The notes beneath the pieces were generated by a model that saw only the letters and a program-made list of their open reading frames with translations, had not been told where the DNA came from and did not search any database. The position numbers were made by a program, and so were the translations under genes. From an uncultured Chloroflexia bacterium (lineage in GTDB: Bacteria; Chloroflexota; Limnocylindria; Limnocylindrales; CSP1-4), in contig CAWIFB010000005.1 in NCBI GenBank assembly GCA_963835335.1, positions 7,657-71,656 of the forward strand: a DNA stretch of 64,000 bases. The letters are read 5' to 3'. This document shows, in pieces, positions 48,917-58,354 of this stretch (positions within the stretch are counted from its first letter, which is position 1; each line of letters begins with the position of its first letter).

Positions 48917-50095
48917 TCAGTCGACGATCACCAGCGGCTTCAGCCCCGCGAGGGGCCCATCCGGCCTCGGCGCGGCGAGCTCCGGCTCGGGGCCGCGGTC
49001 CGACTGGCGGGCCGCGATCTCGGCGTCGAGCAGCTCGACCAGTCTCGGCAGGCTTGAGCGGAGCGCCTCGCCGTATGCCGCGCCGACCTGCGCCGCGAGC
49101 GCGAGGTCCTTCTTTGCCTTCGGCGGTCCGAACCGCATGTGGATCACCGTGCCCGAGGTGACGGGCTCGAACTCGATCGTGTGCGGCAGCTCCAATGGGC
49201 CGGCCGGCGTGTCGAGGATCGTCCGGTCGGTCACGTAGTCGTACGGACGCCAGTCGAGGATCTCCTCGATCACGGCGTCCTTGCCGTGGCGGCAGTGGTT
49301 GGCCGAGCCGATGCCGCGCCGGCCGCCCGTCGCGCCCATGACCGTCACCTCGGTGACCCATGGCTGCCAGAGCATCCGCTGCCCGGGCTTGGTCAGGAAC
49401 TCCCAGGCGACCTGCGGCGGCGCGCTCGTCGGCACCGAGACGGTGAGAATCGAGTCCTCCGGCGCCACGAACACTCGGGCGCGGTCCTCCTCAGCACGCC
49501 ATCGCTGCTCGAGGTCGTGGACCCATGCCGGCACGTCGCCGATCCGGTCGTAGGTCTCGGTGTGCGCTCGCATGCCCAGCGCAGCCGGCGCGATGTCGGC
49601 AGCGTCGACACACGCCTGCGTGATCAGGGCGTAGGCGCTGATCCCCAGCTGCTCGATGACCTCGTTCTTGAGCAGCCGATGGACGACGATCACGTCCGAC
49701 CCCAGCAGCTCCTGGCGCCCGGCGACCCGCTGGATGATCGCTTCGCCGTGGTGGACCACGAACTTGAGGTCGAGGTCCGGGATCCGCGCACACGCGTTGC
49801 ACTCGCACGAGGTCGCCTGGCGGACGTCGCGGCGGCGGCGCCGGAACCCGAAGTAGCAGCGCTCGATCGTGTCCAGGAGCATCGAGCCGTCGACGCGTTC
49901 GCCCGTCATATACGTGAACGCCGCATCACCCTCGAGCTTTGCCAGCCGGAAGTCGGGTCGCAGCGCGCTCACGACGGCACCGATCAGGTCGGCGAGGATG
50001 TCCTGCGCGTGATCGAGCTCGACGTCGGCGAGGTACCCGGTGTACCCGGAGATGTCGGCGATCAGGAAGCAGGCGGGTTGGGCGGCGCCGATCAT
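48917..50095 (-). CDS. DUF2652 (cyclase-like fold) plus SRPBCC domain protein
   Basis: N-terminal FLIADISGYTGYL...KLEGDAAF...LKFVVHHGE, as in DUF2652. The C-terminal ~150 aa look like a START/SRPBCC domain. Confidence 0.6.
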   Translation of the reverse strand: MIGAAQPACFLIADISGYTGYLADVELDHAQDILADLIGAVVSALRPDFRLAKLEGDAAFTYMTGERVDGSMLLDTIERCYFGFRRRRRDVRQATSCECNACARIPDLDLKFVVHHGEAIIQRVAGRQELLGSDVIVVHRLLKNEVIEQLGISAYALITQACVDAADIAPAALGMRAHTETYDRIGDVPAWVHDLEQRWRAEEDRARVFVAPEDSILTVSVPTSAPPQVAWEFLTKPGQRMLWQPWVTEVTVMGATGGRRGIGSANHCRHGKDAVIEEILDWRPYDYVTDRTILDTPAGPLELPHTIEFEPVTSGTVIHMRFGPPKAKKDLALAAQVGAAYGEALRSSLPRLVELLDAEIAARQSDRGPEPELAAPRPDGPLAGLKPLVIVD

Positions 50096-50190
50096 CGGTC
50101 CTCGAGTGACGGGGTATGGCGCCAGTCTACGGTTGGCTCCAACCCGTGCGCCGGTCTCGCCTCCGAATGCCGCTGTCGTATCGTCTGGAC

Positions 50191-51057
50191 ATGGACCTGA
50201 CCCGCCATCCTACGGCCACCTCGCTGCTCGCCGCCGCCGGCGACTATCTCGCGACGCGCGAAGCCGAGCACAACCTGCCGCTCGGGATCCTCGGCACGCT
50301 GCGTGATCATCCGGAGGTCTACCCGGATCCGCCGTACCTTGCCGTCGTCAGGGATCATGGCGCGGTCGCGCTGATCGCGGTTCGCACGCCGCCCCACCAC
50401 CTCATCCTGTCGGAGCCCGGCGTGCCCGCCGACCGGATCGCCGACGCGGTGTCGGCGCTGGTCGACGACGTCCGGACCGTGACCCCGGACCTGCCCGGCG
50501 CGCTTGGCCCGAAGGAGGCCGTTCGCCCGTTCGTCGAGCGGTGGTCCGCGGTCACCGGTCAGCCCGCGACCCTGCTCGTCGAGGAGCGCATCTACCGCCT
50601 TTCGCGCGTCATCCCGCCGCGGGCCACCCCTGGCGTCATGCGTCGCGCCCGAGAGGGGGACCGCGCGCTGCTCGTCGCCTGGATCATCGCATTCGACCGG
50701 GAGGCGCTCCCGGGCGATGAGCCGCGACGCGACGTGGACGGGATGGTCGATCGCTGGCTGGGCGAGGCTGACCGGACGGCATGGCTGTGGGAGGTCGACG
50801 GCCATGCCGTCTCGCTGGCGGGCTCCGGTTCGCCGACCCCGACCGGCATCCGGATCGGGCCTGTCTACACCCCGCCCGAAGCGCGCCGGCAGGGCTATGC
50901 CGGGGCCCTGGTGGCTGCCGCGAGCCAGGCGTTGCTGGACCAGGGCCGCCGCTTCTGCTTCCTGTTCACCGACCTCGCGAACCCGACGTCGAACCACGTC
51001 TACCAGGCGATCGGCTACGAGCCGGTCAGCGACGTGGACCAGTACCGCCTGGGCTGA
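50191..51057 (+). CDS. GNAT-family acetyltransferase
   Basis: C-terminal motif A (RRQGYAGALVAAASQALL, LFTDLANPTSNHVYQAIGY). Alternative upstream starts exist (50116, 50167). Confidence 0.65.
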   Translation: MDLTRHPTATSLLAAAGDYLATREAEHNLPLGILGTLRDHPEVYPDPPYLAVVRDHGAVALIAVRTPPHHLILSEPGVPADRIADAVSALVDDVRTVTPDLPGALGPKEAVRPFVERWSAVTGQPATLLVEERIYRLSRVIPPRATPGVMRRAREGDRALLVAWIIAFDREALPGDEPRRDVDGMVDRWLGEADRTAWLWEVDGHAVSLAGSGSPTPTGIRIGPVYTPPEARRQGYAGALVAAASQALLDQGRRFCFLFTDLANPTSNHVYQAIGYEPVSDVDQYRLG

Positions 51058-51113
51058 TTCGGAGCCTCGCGGCTCAAAGGACGGACTCGGTCCAGGTCGC
51101 ACCCACGTCACGG

Positions 51114-52037
51114 ATGGCGCATGCTTCCGCGATGACCGAGCAACGCCTGATCCCGACGCCCGATGGACGGCAGCTGGAGGTCCGGATCGCCGGGCCCGGG
51201 GACGGCCGGATCCTCCTGTTCCACCACGGGACGCCGGGCGCCGGACTCCCCTCACCCACCTGGGTCGCGGCGGCCGCGGAGCGCAATCTGCGGCACGTGT
51301 GCGTGGTGCGCCCGGGCTATGGTGATTCGACCCGCAACGCGGGGCGGACGATCGCGGACGTCACCGCCGACGTGACGACGGTCCTCGACGCGCTTGGCGC
51401 GGCACGGGTGCTGACCTTGGGTATCTCCGGCGGCGGACCGCACGCGCTGGCGGCCGCAGCCCTGCTGCCCGACCGGGTCGACGCGGCGGCGACGATCGGG
51501 AGCGTCGCTCCGTACGAGGCCGACGGGCTCGACTTCCTGGCCGGGATGGGCGCGGAGAACGTCGAGGAGTTCGGCGCGGCCGTTGCCGGGTCCGCCGAGC
51601 TGGCTGCGTTCCTCGAGACCGCGGCTCCGGCGTTCGCCACCGCAACCGGGGGCCAGATCGCCCAGGCATTCGGTGACCTCGTCCCCGATGTCGACCGGGC
51701 GGCGCTCACGGGCGAGATGGCCGACTCGATCGCGGCCGACATCCGGGCGAGCCTGCGCACCGGCACCTGGGGCTGGCATGACGACGACCTGGCGTTCACC
51801 CGGCCGTGGGGCTTCGACCTCGCATCGATCCGGGTCCCGGTCACGGTGTGGCAGGGCGAGCAGGACCGGATGGTGCCGTACGCCCATGGCCGGTGGCTGG
51901 CCGGGAGGATCCCCGGCGTCCATGCCAGGCTGCTCGCGGAGCACGGTCACCTGTCGCTGCAGGCGGATTCGATCGGGATGGTCTTCGACGACCTGATTGC
52001 GCGCGCGACAGGTGACGGACCGGCCGTCGGCGGCTAG
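51114..52037 (+). CDS. alpha/beta hydrolase
   Basis: HHGTPG oxyanion region, nucleophile elbow GISGGG, C-terminal EHGHLS. Confidence 0.8.
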   Translation: MAHASAMTEQRLIPTPDGRQLEVRIAGPGDGRILLFHHGTPGAGLPSPTWVAAAAERNLRHVCVVRPGYGDSTRNAGRTIADVTADVTTVLDALGAARVLTLGISGGGPHALAAAALLPDRVDAAATIGSVAPYEADGLDFLAGMGAENVEEFGAAVAGSAELAAFLETAAPAFATATGGQIAQAFGDLVPDVDRAALTGEMADSIAADIRASLRTGTWGWHDDDLAFTRPWGFDLASIRVPVTVWQGEQDRMVPYAHGRWLAGRIPGVHARLLAEHGHLSLQADSIGMVFDDLIARATGDGPAVGG

Positions 52038-52061
52038 ATTCCGCGCAGGAGGTGTCCCCAG

Positions 52062-52286
52062 ATGACGATGCGTGAAGCCCTCGACCATGCGATGCACCGC
52101 GACGGCCCGGACGCGGCGATGAGCGAGCTCCAGCAGCGGGGCGTCGCGCTCGCCGACGAGGACACGATGACGCAGGCGATCCATGACGTGTACTGCGGGA
52201 TCATGGCGGACCACCAGCATCCGAACGCCAAGGACCGGGAGCAGGCGCAGCGCCTGATCGCGGCGCTCCGCCACACGGGTGTCTGA
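52062..52286 (+). CDS. small hypothetical protein (74 aa)
   Basis: Coding-like GC3. Its stop overlaps the GTG start of the next gene by 8 nt. Confidence 0.4.
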   Translation: MTMREALDHAMHRDGPDAAMSELQQRGVALADEDTMTQAIHDVYCGIMADHQHPNAKDREQAQRLIAALRHTGV

Positions 52287-53610
52287 GGACGGGGGGCCGC
52301 GGGGCCCTCTCGCGCACGTCATCGAGGTTCGTGGCGGTGTCCCCGCTGGGAGCCAGATCCGGCTCGAGCACCGCGAGGCGCTGATCTACACGCTGGGCAA
52401 GGCGGCCGAGCTGGAGCACCTGATCATGCTCCAGTACCTGTACGCCGCCTTCTCGCTCAAGCAGGGCGAGGCCGACGGCCTGTCGCCGGACCAGGCGGCC
52501 GCGACCCAGCGTTGGCGCCGGACCCTGAGCGGGATCGCCGAGCAGGAGATGCTCCATCTCGCCCTGGTCCAGAACCTGCTCACCGCTGTCGGCGGTGCAC
52601 CCCGCCTCGCGAGGCCCAACTTCCCGGTTCCCCAGCACCTCTACCCGGCCGGCGTGCAGGTCGGCCTGTTCCCGTTCGGTGAGCCGGCCCTCCGTCACTT
52701 CGCCTACCTCGAGCGACCGATGGGCATGGCGTTCGACGATGCGGAGGGCTTCGTCGCGCTCGAGCAGGCGACACCGCTCCCGCGCGACGAGGCGGACGAG
52801 ATCGCGCCGCAGCTCCAGGACTTCGAGACGATCGGACAGCTGTACCGGTCGGTCGAGACCGGGCTCGAGCACCTCGCCGAGCGGCTCGGGCCGGAGCGGC
52901 TGTTCGTCGGCCAGCCGAACGCGCAGGCCACCGAGGAGCACTTCCGGTGGCCGGAGCTGGTCGCGGTCGTGGACCTCGCGTCCGCGCGCCGGGCGATCGA
53001 CACGATCGTGGAGCAGGGCGAGGGGGCGCGCGGCGAATGGCGTGACGCGCACTTCGGACGCCTGCTGGGGATCCTCGATGAGCTGACGCAGCTGCGAGCG
53101 GAGGACCCCGGCTTCGAGCCCGCCCGTCCCGTCGTTGCGGCCCGCGTCCGTCCGACGGCCGTCGGCCCGGCGATCCCCACGATCTCGGACCCGGGAACCG
53201 CACGGGCGATGGACCTGCTCAACGTCGTCAACGAGGTCCTGCTCCAGGTCCTGTCGCGCTACTTCGCCCACACCGACGAGACCGACGAGCAGCTGGGCGT
53301 CCTGGCCGATGTCGCCGTCGGTCTGATGTACACCGGGATCAAGCCGCTCGGGAGCGTGCTCACGAGGCTGCCGATCGGGTTCGACCAGCCCGGAGTGACG
53401 GCCGGGCCCACGTTCGAGCTGTTCTACGAGGTCGACTATCTGCTGCCCCACCGGGACGCGGCGTGGGTGGTCATGGAGGAGCGCCTGCGCGAGGCGGCGG
53501 CGTTCGCCCGGCGATGCACGGCCGCATGCACGCCGGTGGTGATGGGCCCGCTGTCGAAGGCGGCGACCGCGCTCGAGAAGTACGCGGACGCGCTGGCGGC
53601 CGCAGGGTGA
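52279..53610 (+). CDS. ferritin-like domain protein
   Basis: N-terminal LGKAAELEHLIMLQYLYAAFSL ... EQEMLHLALVQNLL is typical of the ferritin-like (PF12902-type) four-helix-bundle family. Confidence 0.65.
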   Translation: MSEDGGPRGPLAHVIEVRGGVPAGSQIRLEHREALIYTLGKAAELEHLIMLQYLYAAFSLKQGEADGLSPDQAAATQRWRRTLSGIAEQEMLHLALVQNLLTAVGGAPRLARPNFPVPQHLYPAGVQVGLFPFGEPALRHFAYLERPMGMAFDDAEGFVALEQATPLPRDEADEIAPQLQDFETIGQLYRSVETGLEHLAERLGPERLFVGQPNAQATEEHFRWPELVAVVDLASARRAIDTIVEQGEGARGEWRDAHFGRLLGILDELTQLRAEDPGFEPARPVVAARVRPTAVGPAIPTISDPGTARAMDLLNVVNEVLLQVLSRYFAHTDETDEQLGVLADVAVGLMYTGIKPLGSVLTRLPIGFDQPGVTAGPTFELFYEVDYLLPHRDAAWVVMEERLREAAAFARRCTAACTPVVMGPLSKAATALEKYADALAAAG

Positions 53611-53704
53611 TCGGGCTCCGCCGGCGGCGTTGGGTTCCGCCGCGTGGCTGAAGGACGCCGGCCGTGGGGCAGCCCGGCGATCCGCCGGCCGGGAAGCAGG
53701 AGGC

Positions 53705-54670
53705 ATGGCCGTGACGTTCTCGATCGTCGCTCGTGATCCCGCGACCGGTGACCTTGGGGTCGCCGTCCAGTCGAAGTTCCTGTCGGTGGGGTCGGTCGTC
53801 CCGTGGGCCCGGGCCGGCGTTGGCGCGATCGCCACCCAGTCGTATGCCAACGTCCGGTTCGGGCCGGACGGGCTGGCGCTCCTCGCAGGTGGCGCGAGCG
53901 CCGAGCAGACGCTCGCCGCGCTCGTCGACGCCGATGACATGCGCCAGCAGCGCCAGGCGGGTGTCGTCGACGCGAACGGACGGGCAGCGACGTTCACCGG
54001 CCGGTCGTGCTTTGCGTGGGCCGGCGGACGCACGGGCCCGGACTACGCGGCCCAGGGCAACATCCTCGCCGGAGCCGGGGTCGTCGACGGGCTTGCGGAC
54101 ACGTTCGAGGCCGGGGGCCGTCCGTTTCCGGACCTGCTCGTCGCATGCCTCGCCGCGGCAGATGCCGCCGGCGGTGACCGGCGCGGCCGGCAGTCGGCGG
54201 CGCTCCTGATCGTGCGCGAGGGTGGTGGATACGGCGGCGGCAACGACCGCTGGATCGATCTTCGCGTGGACGACCACCCCGACCCGATCGCGGAGCTTGG
54301 CCGGCTCCTGGACCTCACCCACCTGTACCTGGAGCGACCCACGCCGATCGAGCTGATCGCCGTCGATGCGTTGCTGGCGAGCGAGCTCCGCGACGGACTC
54401 GAGCGGCTCGGATGGGGCATCGGCGCGACGGTCGCCCCCGTCTACGCGCCGATGTGGCCCGATGAGAGCGAGCCGGACGAGGAGCGGCCGTCCGTCGGCG
54501 AGCCACGCCCGTTCGCGGATGGCTGGGATGACGCCTGGCAGGAACGGCTCCTGTCATGGATGGCCGTGGAGAACCTCGAGGAGCGGACCGCCGCCTCGGG
54601 CTGGATCGACCCCAGGGTCCTGGCCTACCTCCGCGAGGCGGTCGGGACGACCACCGGCACCGGCGCCTGA
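53705..54670 (+). CDS. DUF1028-family (Ntn-hydrolase fold) protein with C-terminal extension
   Basis: N-terminal MAVTFSIVARDPATGDLGVAVQSKFLSVG ... GAIATQS ... GNIL ... GDRRGRQSAAL. ATG preceded by AGGAGG. Confidence 0.75.
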   Translation: MAVTFSIVARDPATGDLGVAVQSKFLSVGSVVPWARAGVGAIATQSYANVRFGPDGLALLAGGASAEQTLAALVDADDMRQQRQAGVVDANGRAATFTGRSCFAWAGGRTGPDYAAQGNILAGAGVVDGLADTFEAGGRPFPDLLVACLAAADAAGGDRRGRQSAALLIVREGGGYGGGNDRWIDLRVDDHPDPIAELGRLLDLTHLYLERPTPIELIAVDALLASELRDGLERLGWGIGATVAPVYAPMWPDESEPDEERPSVGEPRPFADGWDDAWQERLLSWMAVENLEERTAASGWIDPRVLAYLREAVGTTTGTGA

Positions 54671-54734
54671 GGGCAGGTCGCACCGGCTGGACCGGCGGGC
54701 CACGCGACCGGGCGAGCGCCGGCCGAGACCACGA

Positions 54735-55310
54735 TCAGGTCGATGAGCGGCCGGACACGCTCGCGACGGCGTGTGCCTCGTGATCCTCGGGGAGCTTGTG
54801 GACCTCATCGGGGAATGCCCGCATGAGGTGCCGTAGCAGGCGGAACAGCTCCGCACGCTCGGCGGGATCGAGGACCGACGCGATCATCGCCTCGCGCCGC
54901 GCCTGCGTGCCGACGGTGCGATCCCAGGTCGCGTGACCCTCCTCCGTCGGCTCGATGATCGTGCCCCGCCGATCGTTGGGATCCGGCAGGCGACGGATGA
55001 GGCCCGCGGCCTCCATGCGATCGAGGCGGTTGGTCATCGCGCCGCTGGACAGGTGCATGTCCGATGCCAGCTGGCCGGGCGAGCGCTGGTACGGCGGTCC
55101 ATAGCTCCGCAGGCGGCCGAGCAGGTGGTAGGCGCGCCGGTCGAGGCCGTACTCGGCCAGCGTCTCCTGCATCGACCGGCCGAACGCCTTGGCCAGGATG
55201 TCGATCCGCTCGACGATCCCCTCCGTGAGCGAGTCGAGGTCGGGGATCTCGCGCTCCCACACTCCGAGCCACTGATCGACCTTGTCCAACTGTTCGCCCT
55301 CGTCGTCCAT
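54735..55310 (-). CDS. MarR-family transcriptional regulator
   Basis: Winged HTH (SPGQLASDMHLSSGAMTNRLDRMEAAGLIRRLPDPNDRRGTII). Confidence 0.85.
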   Translation of the reverse strand: MDDEGEQLDKVDQWLGVWEREIPDLDSLTEGIVERIDILAKAFGRSMQETLAEYGLDRRAYHLLGRLRSYGPPYQRSPGQLASDMHLSSGAMTNRLDRMEAAGLIRRLPDPNDRRGTIIEPTEEGHATWDRTVGTQARREAMIASVLDPAERAELFRLLRHLMRAFPDEVHKLPEDHEAHAVASVSGRSST

Positions 55311-55361
55311 GCCCCGAGTATCACCAATATCGTCGCAGTGTCAAGATACTCTTGGTCATAC

Positions 55362-55377
55362 CTCTTGACATCAAGAG
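55362..55377. promoter_or_regulatory. perfect palindrome CTCTTGA-CA-TCAAGAG, a candidate MarR operator overlapping a TTGACA -35 box
   Basis: Seen directly in the AT-richer intergenic region 55311-55460. Related half-sites occur at about 55349-55362 (CAAGA-TAC-TCTTG) and about 55415-55431 (GAGAGTCTTGACATCGA). TTGACA-N18-TACATT reads toward the + strand genes. Confidence 0.5.
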
Positions 55378-55463
55378 ACTCTATGCCGTACATTCCCCGA
55401 AGTACTTCGAGATCGAGAGTCTTGACATCGAAAGCCGGTCGCGAAGTCACCGAGGGCAATGCG

Positions 55464-55718
55464 ATGGTCGCAACGAACGATCTCCGGGTCTGCGAGCCCG
55501 GCCTGAACACAGCCACCATGACCCGGCCGGCACCGCAGCGCGGCCTCGGTCTCCTCGCGCGCGCCGCCGCCCTGCTCCAGGAATGGACCGCGCAGCCGGG
55601 CACGCACGCCGGCGACCGCGTCACCATCATCGGGCGGGGACGCGCCGACCAGGCCCTCGACGACCGCCGCGCACGCGAGGCGGACTGGGCGCTTGGCCGC
55701 TGGACGAGGCTCTCCTGA
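55464..55718 (+). CDS. small hypothetical protein (84 aa)
   Basis: ATG ORF with high GC3, downstream of the candidate promoter. I recognise no family. Confidence 0.3.
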   Translation: MVATNDLRVCEPGLNTATMTRPAPQRGLGLLARAAALLQEWTAQPGTHAGDRVTIIGRGRADQALDDRRAREADWALGRWTRLS

Positions 55719-55761
55719 CCCTCTCCTCGATGGCGGGCAGCGGCCCGGTATCCTCCTGCCG

Positions 55762-56325
55762 ATGCCCGCCGATCCCCGCGACACCCTGGCAATCCGGACG
55801 CCGCGCGTCGAGCTCCCGGCGATGTCGCTCGCGTTCATGGAGGCGCTCGTCGCGGGCGACCGTGACGCGGCCGCGCGCGAGATGGACGCCGCCCTGCCCG
55901 CCGATCTTCGCGAGCAGCTGGGCCACTTCCTCGACTACCGGATCCCGTCGCTCAAGGCGGACCCCGGGAGCCGGCCCTGGCTGGGGCGCGGGATCATCTG
56001 GACACATCCCGGCGGGCGACGCGAGCTGATCGGCACGATCGGGTTCCATGCGCCGCCGGACGAGGACGGCCGAGCCGAGATCGGCTACCGGGTGGAGCCG
56101 GCCTTTCGCCGGCGAGGGATCGCGACCGAGTGCGTCGCGGCGCTCCTCGACTGGGCGGAGTCGCAGGGCTGCCACCGGTTCCGCGCCTCCGTGTCGCCCG
56201 GCAACGAGGCATCGCTGGCGATCATCCGCTCGTTCGGCTTTCACCAGGTGGGCGTGCAGGAGGACGAGTTCGACGGGGAGGAGCTGGTGTTCCATCTCGA
56301 TCGCCCGGCGCCCGATCAGGGCTGA
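55762..56325 (+). CDS. GNAT-family N-acetyltransferase (RimJ/RimL-like)
   Basis: IGYRVEPAFRRRGIATECVAALLDWA motif A; 187 aa from the internal ATG. Confidence 0.8.
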   Translation: MPADPRDTLAIRTPRVELPAMSLAFMEALVAGDRDAAAREMDAALPADLREQLGHFLDYRIPSLKADPGSRPWLGRGIIWTHPGGRRELIGTIGFHAPPDEDGRAEIGYRVEPAFRRRGIATECVAALLDWAESQGCHRFRASVSPGNEASLAIIRSFGFHQVGVQEDEFDGEELVFHLDRPAPDQG

Positions 56326-56887
56326 GACCGCGGTCCGGCTCGCGGAGGTCACGCCGGTACCGGGCGTTGCGCACGATCCCGTCGGGGCGCTCGTCGTCGC
56401 GGATCGAGCCGTCGGCCTCCCAGCCCGCCGCCTCGTAGAACCGTCGAGCGCGGGCGTTGGCCTCCAGCACCCACAGGGTCGCCCGCCGGTACCCCTGGTC
56501 GCGCAGGTCCCGGGTCACGCGGGCGAAGAGCACGCGCCCGATGCCCATCCCGAAGGCGTCCGGATCCAGGTAGATGGTCTGGACCTCGCCGGTGTCGTCC
56601 GGCGCGTCCGGGTCGCGGCTGGGGCCGACGATCGAGAACCCGACCACCGCGCCGCGCTCGACGACCACCCACGCGCGCCTGGGATCGTCCGGATCGGTCA
56701 CGACGGAGCGGATCCGCTCGGCGCGGGCGGCCCGTTGCGTGACGACCCGGTCGATCATCGCGTCCGGGATCAGCCCCCGATAGGCGACCTGCCACGAGCG
56801 GGCGTGAAGCGTGACGATCGCGTCGACGTCATCGGGCGTTGCGCGCCGCACCTCGAGCTTCGACGCTTCGACATCAACCTTGCCCAT
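56222..56887 (-). CDS. GNAT-family N-acetyltransferase
   Basis: VRRATPDDVDAIVTLH..., motif A (GMGIGRVLFARVTRDLRDQG), EANARARRFYEAAGW. The low-complexity C-terminal tail overlaps the convergent GNAT gene by 104 nt. Confidence 0.7.
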   Translation of the reverse strand: MGKVDVEASKLEVRRATPDDVDAIVTLHARSWQVAYRGLIPDAMIDRVVTQRAARAERIRSVVTDPDDPRRAWVVVERGAVVGFSIVGPSRDPDAPDDTGEVQTIYLDPDAFGMGIGRVLFARVTRDLRDQGYRRATLWVLEANARARRFYEAAGWEADGSIRDDERPDGIVRNARYRRDLREPDRGLSPDRAPGDRDGTPAPPRRTRPPARPPGESRTSG

Positions 56888-56914
56888 CGCGCATCCCCGT
56901 CCTAGTCTGGCGCG

Positions 56915-57790
56915 GTGACCGAGCGTCCCGAGCTCCAGCCGCCATCCGACGCGCCCGCCGATCGCAACCCCGCGCCGGCCAATGATGCCGCGGAAGCCGC
57001 CAGGACCGAGGCATGGCGGGCCATCCTGCTCGGCACCGACAAGGCCATGCTCCGGATCCGGAAGGTGTGGGGCGTGGTGCCCTCGGATCCTCGCTGCAAG
57101 TTCTGCAACTCGCCGTTCCACGGGCCGGGCCGGATCCTGACGGCGCTGATCATGCACGGCCAGAGCAACCAGAACCCCCTCCTGTGCAACGCGTGCTTCA
57201 GCGACCTGGGCAAGCATCCGGGCGGCGCCGAGGTCGAGACCTCCATCCTGTTCGCCGATGTCCGTGGCTCCACCGGGCTGGCCGAGCAGGTGACGGCAGC
57301 CGGGTTCCGCCAGCTGATCCAGGAGTTCTACCAGGTCACGAGCGCGGCCGTCACGCACAACGGCGGCCTGATCGACAAGTTCATGGGTGACGGGGTCATG
57401 GCCCTGTTCGTCCCGGTTTTCTCGGGCGAGGACCACGCGGGGCGCGCCATCAAGGCCGGCCGGGACCTGCTGGCGGCCGCGCGACGCCCGCGGCTGGTCG
57501 ACGGCGGGGTGCGCGTCGGAGTCGGGGTCAATACCGGCCTCGCGTTCGTGGGTGCCCTGGGCTCCGGGGACCGGCTGGACTTCTCGGCGCTCGGCGACAC
57601 CGTCAACGTGGCGGCCCGGCTCGGGTCCGTCGCGGGGCCCGGCGAGCTCGTCGTGGGCCGCGCCGCCTGGGATCGTGCCGGCCTGCCCATCGAGGGCGTC
57701 GAGCAGCGGTCGATCCCGATCGCGGGCCGGAGTGCCGGCCTCGATGTCGTCGTCGTCCGCGACGCCGCCCAGGAAGCGGTGGCCGGCTAG
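56915..57790 (+). CDS. class III adenylate/guanylate cyclase with N-terminal zinc-ribbon-like motif
   Basis: CKFCNSPFHG...CNACF, followed by ILFADVRGSTGL, KFMGDGVMALF, VGVNTG, GDTVNVAARL. Confidence 0.85.
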   Translation: MTERPELQPPSDAPADRNPAPANDAAEAARTEAWRAILLGTDKAMLRIRKVWGVVPSDPRCKFCNSPFHGPGRILTALIMHGQSNQNPLLCNACFSDLGKHPGGAEVETSILFADVRGSTGLAEQVTAAGFRQLIQEFYQVTSAAVTHNGGLIDKFMGDGVMALFVPVFSGEDHAGRAIKAGRDLLAAARRPRLVDGGVRVGVGVNTGLAFVGALGSGDRLDFSALGDTVNVAARLGSVAGPGELVVGRAAWDRAGLPIEGVEQRSIPIAGRSAGLDVVVVRDAAQEAVAG

Positions 57791-57825
57791 GAGCCGTCAG
57801 TCAGGAAGGTCTCGCCGGCCGCGGA

Positions 57826-58257
57826 TCAGGCCTTCGGCTGGACCACGGCCAGGACGTTGCCGCCCGGGTCGATGAACCAGGCCGCCCACGAATGGCCCAT
57901 GTCGGCGACGCCGTCGACGGTCACCGGGTCGGGTTCGACGTATTCCTCGATGCGCACGCCGCGGGCACGCAGATCATCGATCGCCGCCCGTATGTCCGGA
58001 ACCCGCCAGGCCATCTGGGTCTGCGGGTCCGAGGTGCCGGTCGTGCTCAACGTGACAACCAGCTGGGTTCCCCCGCCACACCGCAGGACGATCCGGTCGG
58101 CATCGTCGGCCATGACATCCAGGCCGAGCGTGTCGTGATAGAAGGCCCGGCTCGCGCCAAGGTCCATCGAGAGCAGGATGGGAAACACCGGGTGGTCGCT
58201 GAGCACCTTGCACGCCCTCCGTTCATTGGCCGCCGTCAGGCGTCCGATTGGTAGCAT
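57826..58257 (-). CDS. VOC (glyoxalase) family protein
   Basis: FPILLSMDLGASRAFYHDTLGL ... WFIDPGGNVLAVVQ. The start is uncertain. Confidence 0.7.
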   Translation of the reverse strand: MLPIGRLTAANERRACKVLSDHPVFPILLSMDLGASRAFYHDTLGLDVMADDADRIVLRCGGGTQLVVTLSTTGTSDPQTQMAWRVPDIRAAIDDLRARGVRIEEYVEPDPVTVDGVADMGHSWAAWFIDPGGNVLAVVQPKA

Positions 58258-58354
58258 GATCGTGCGGCGCCTCACGAGGGTGCCGTCCATGTTGCGGGGC
58301 CTCGCGCCGCCGGACCCTCCACGCGCACATCGATACAACGACGAAGGGGTCGCC

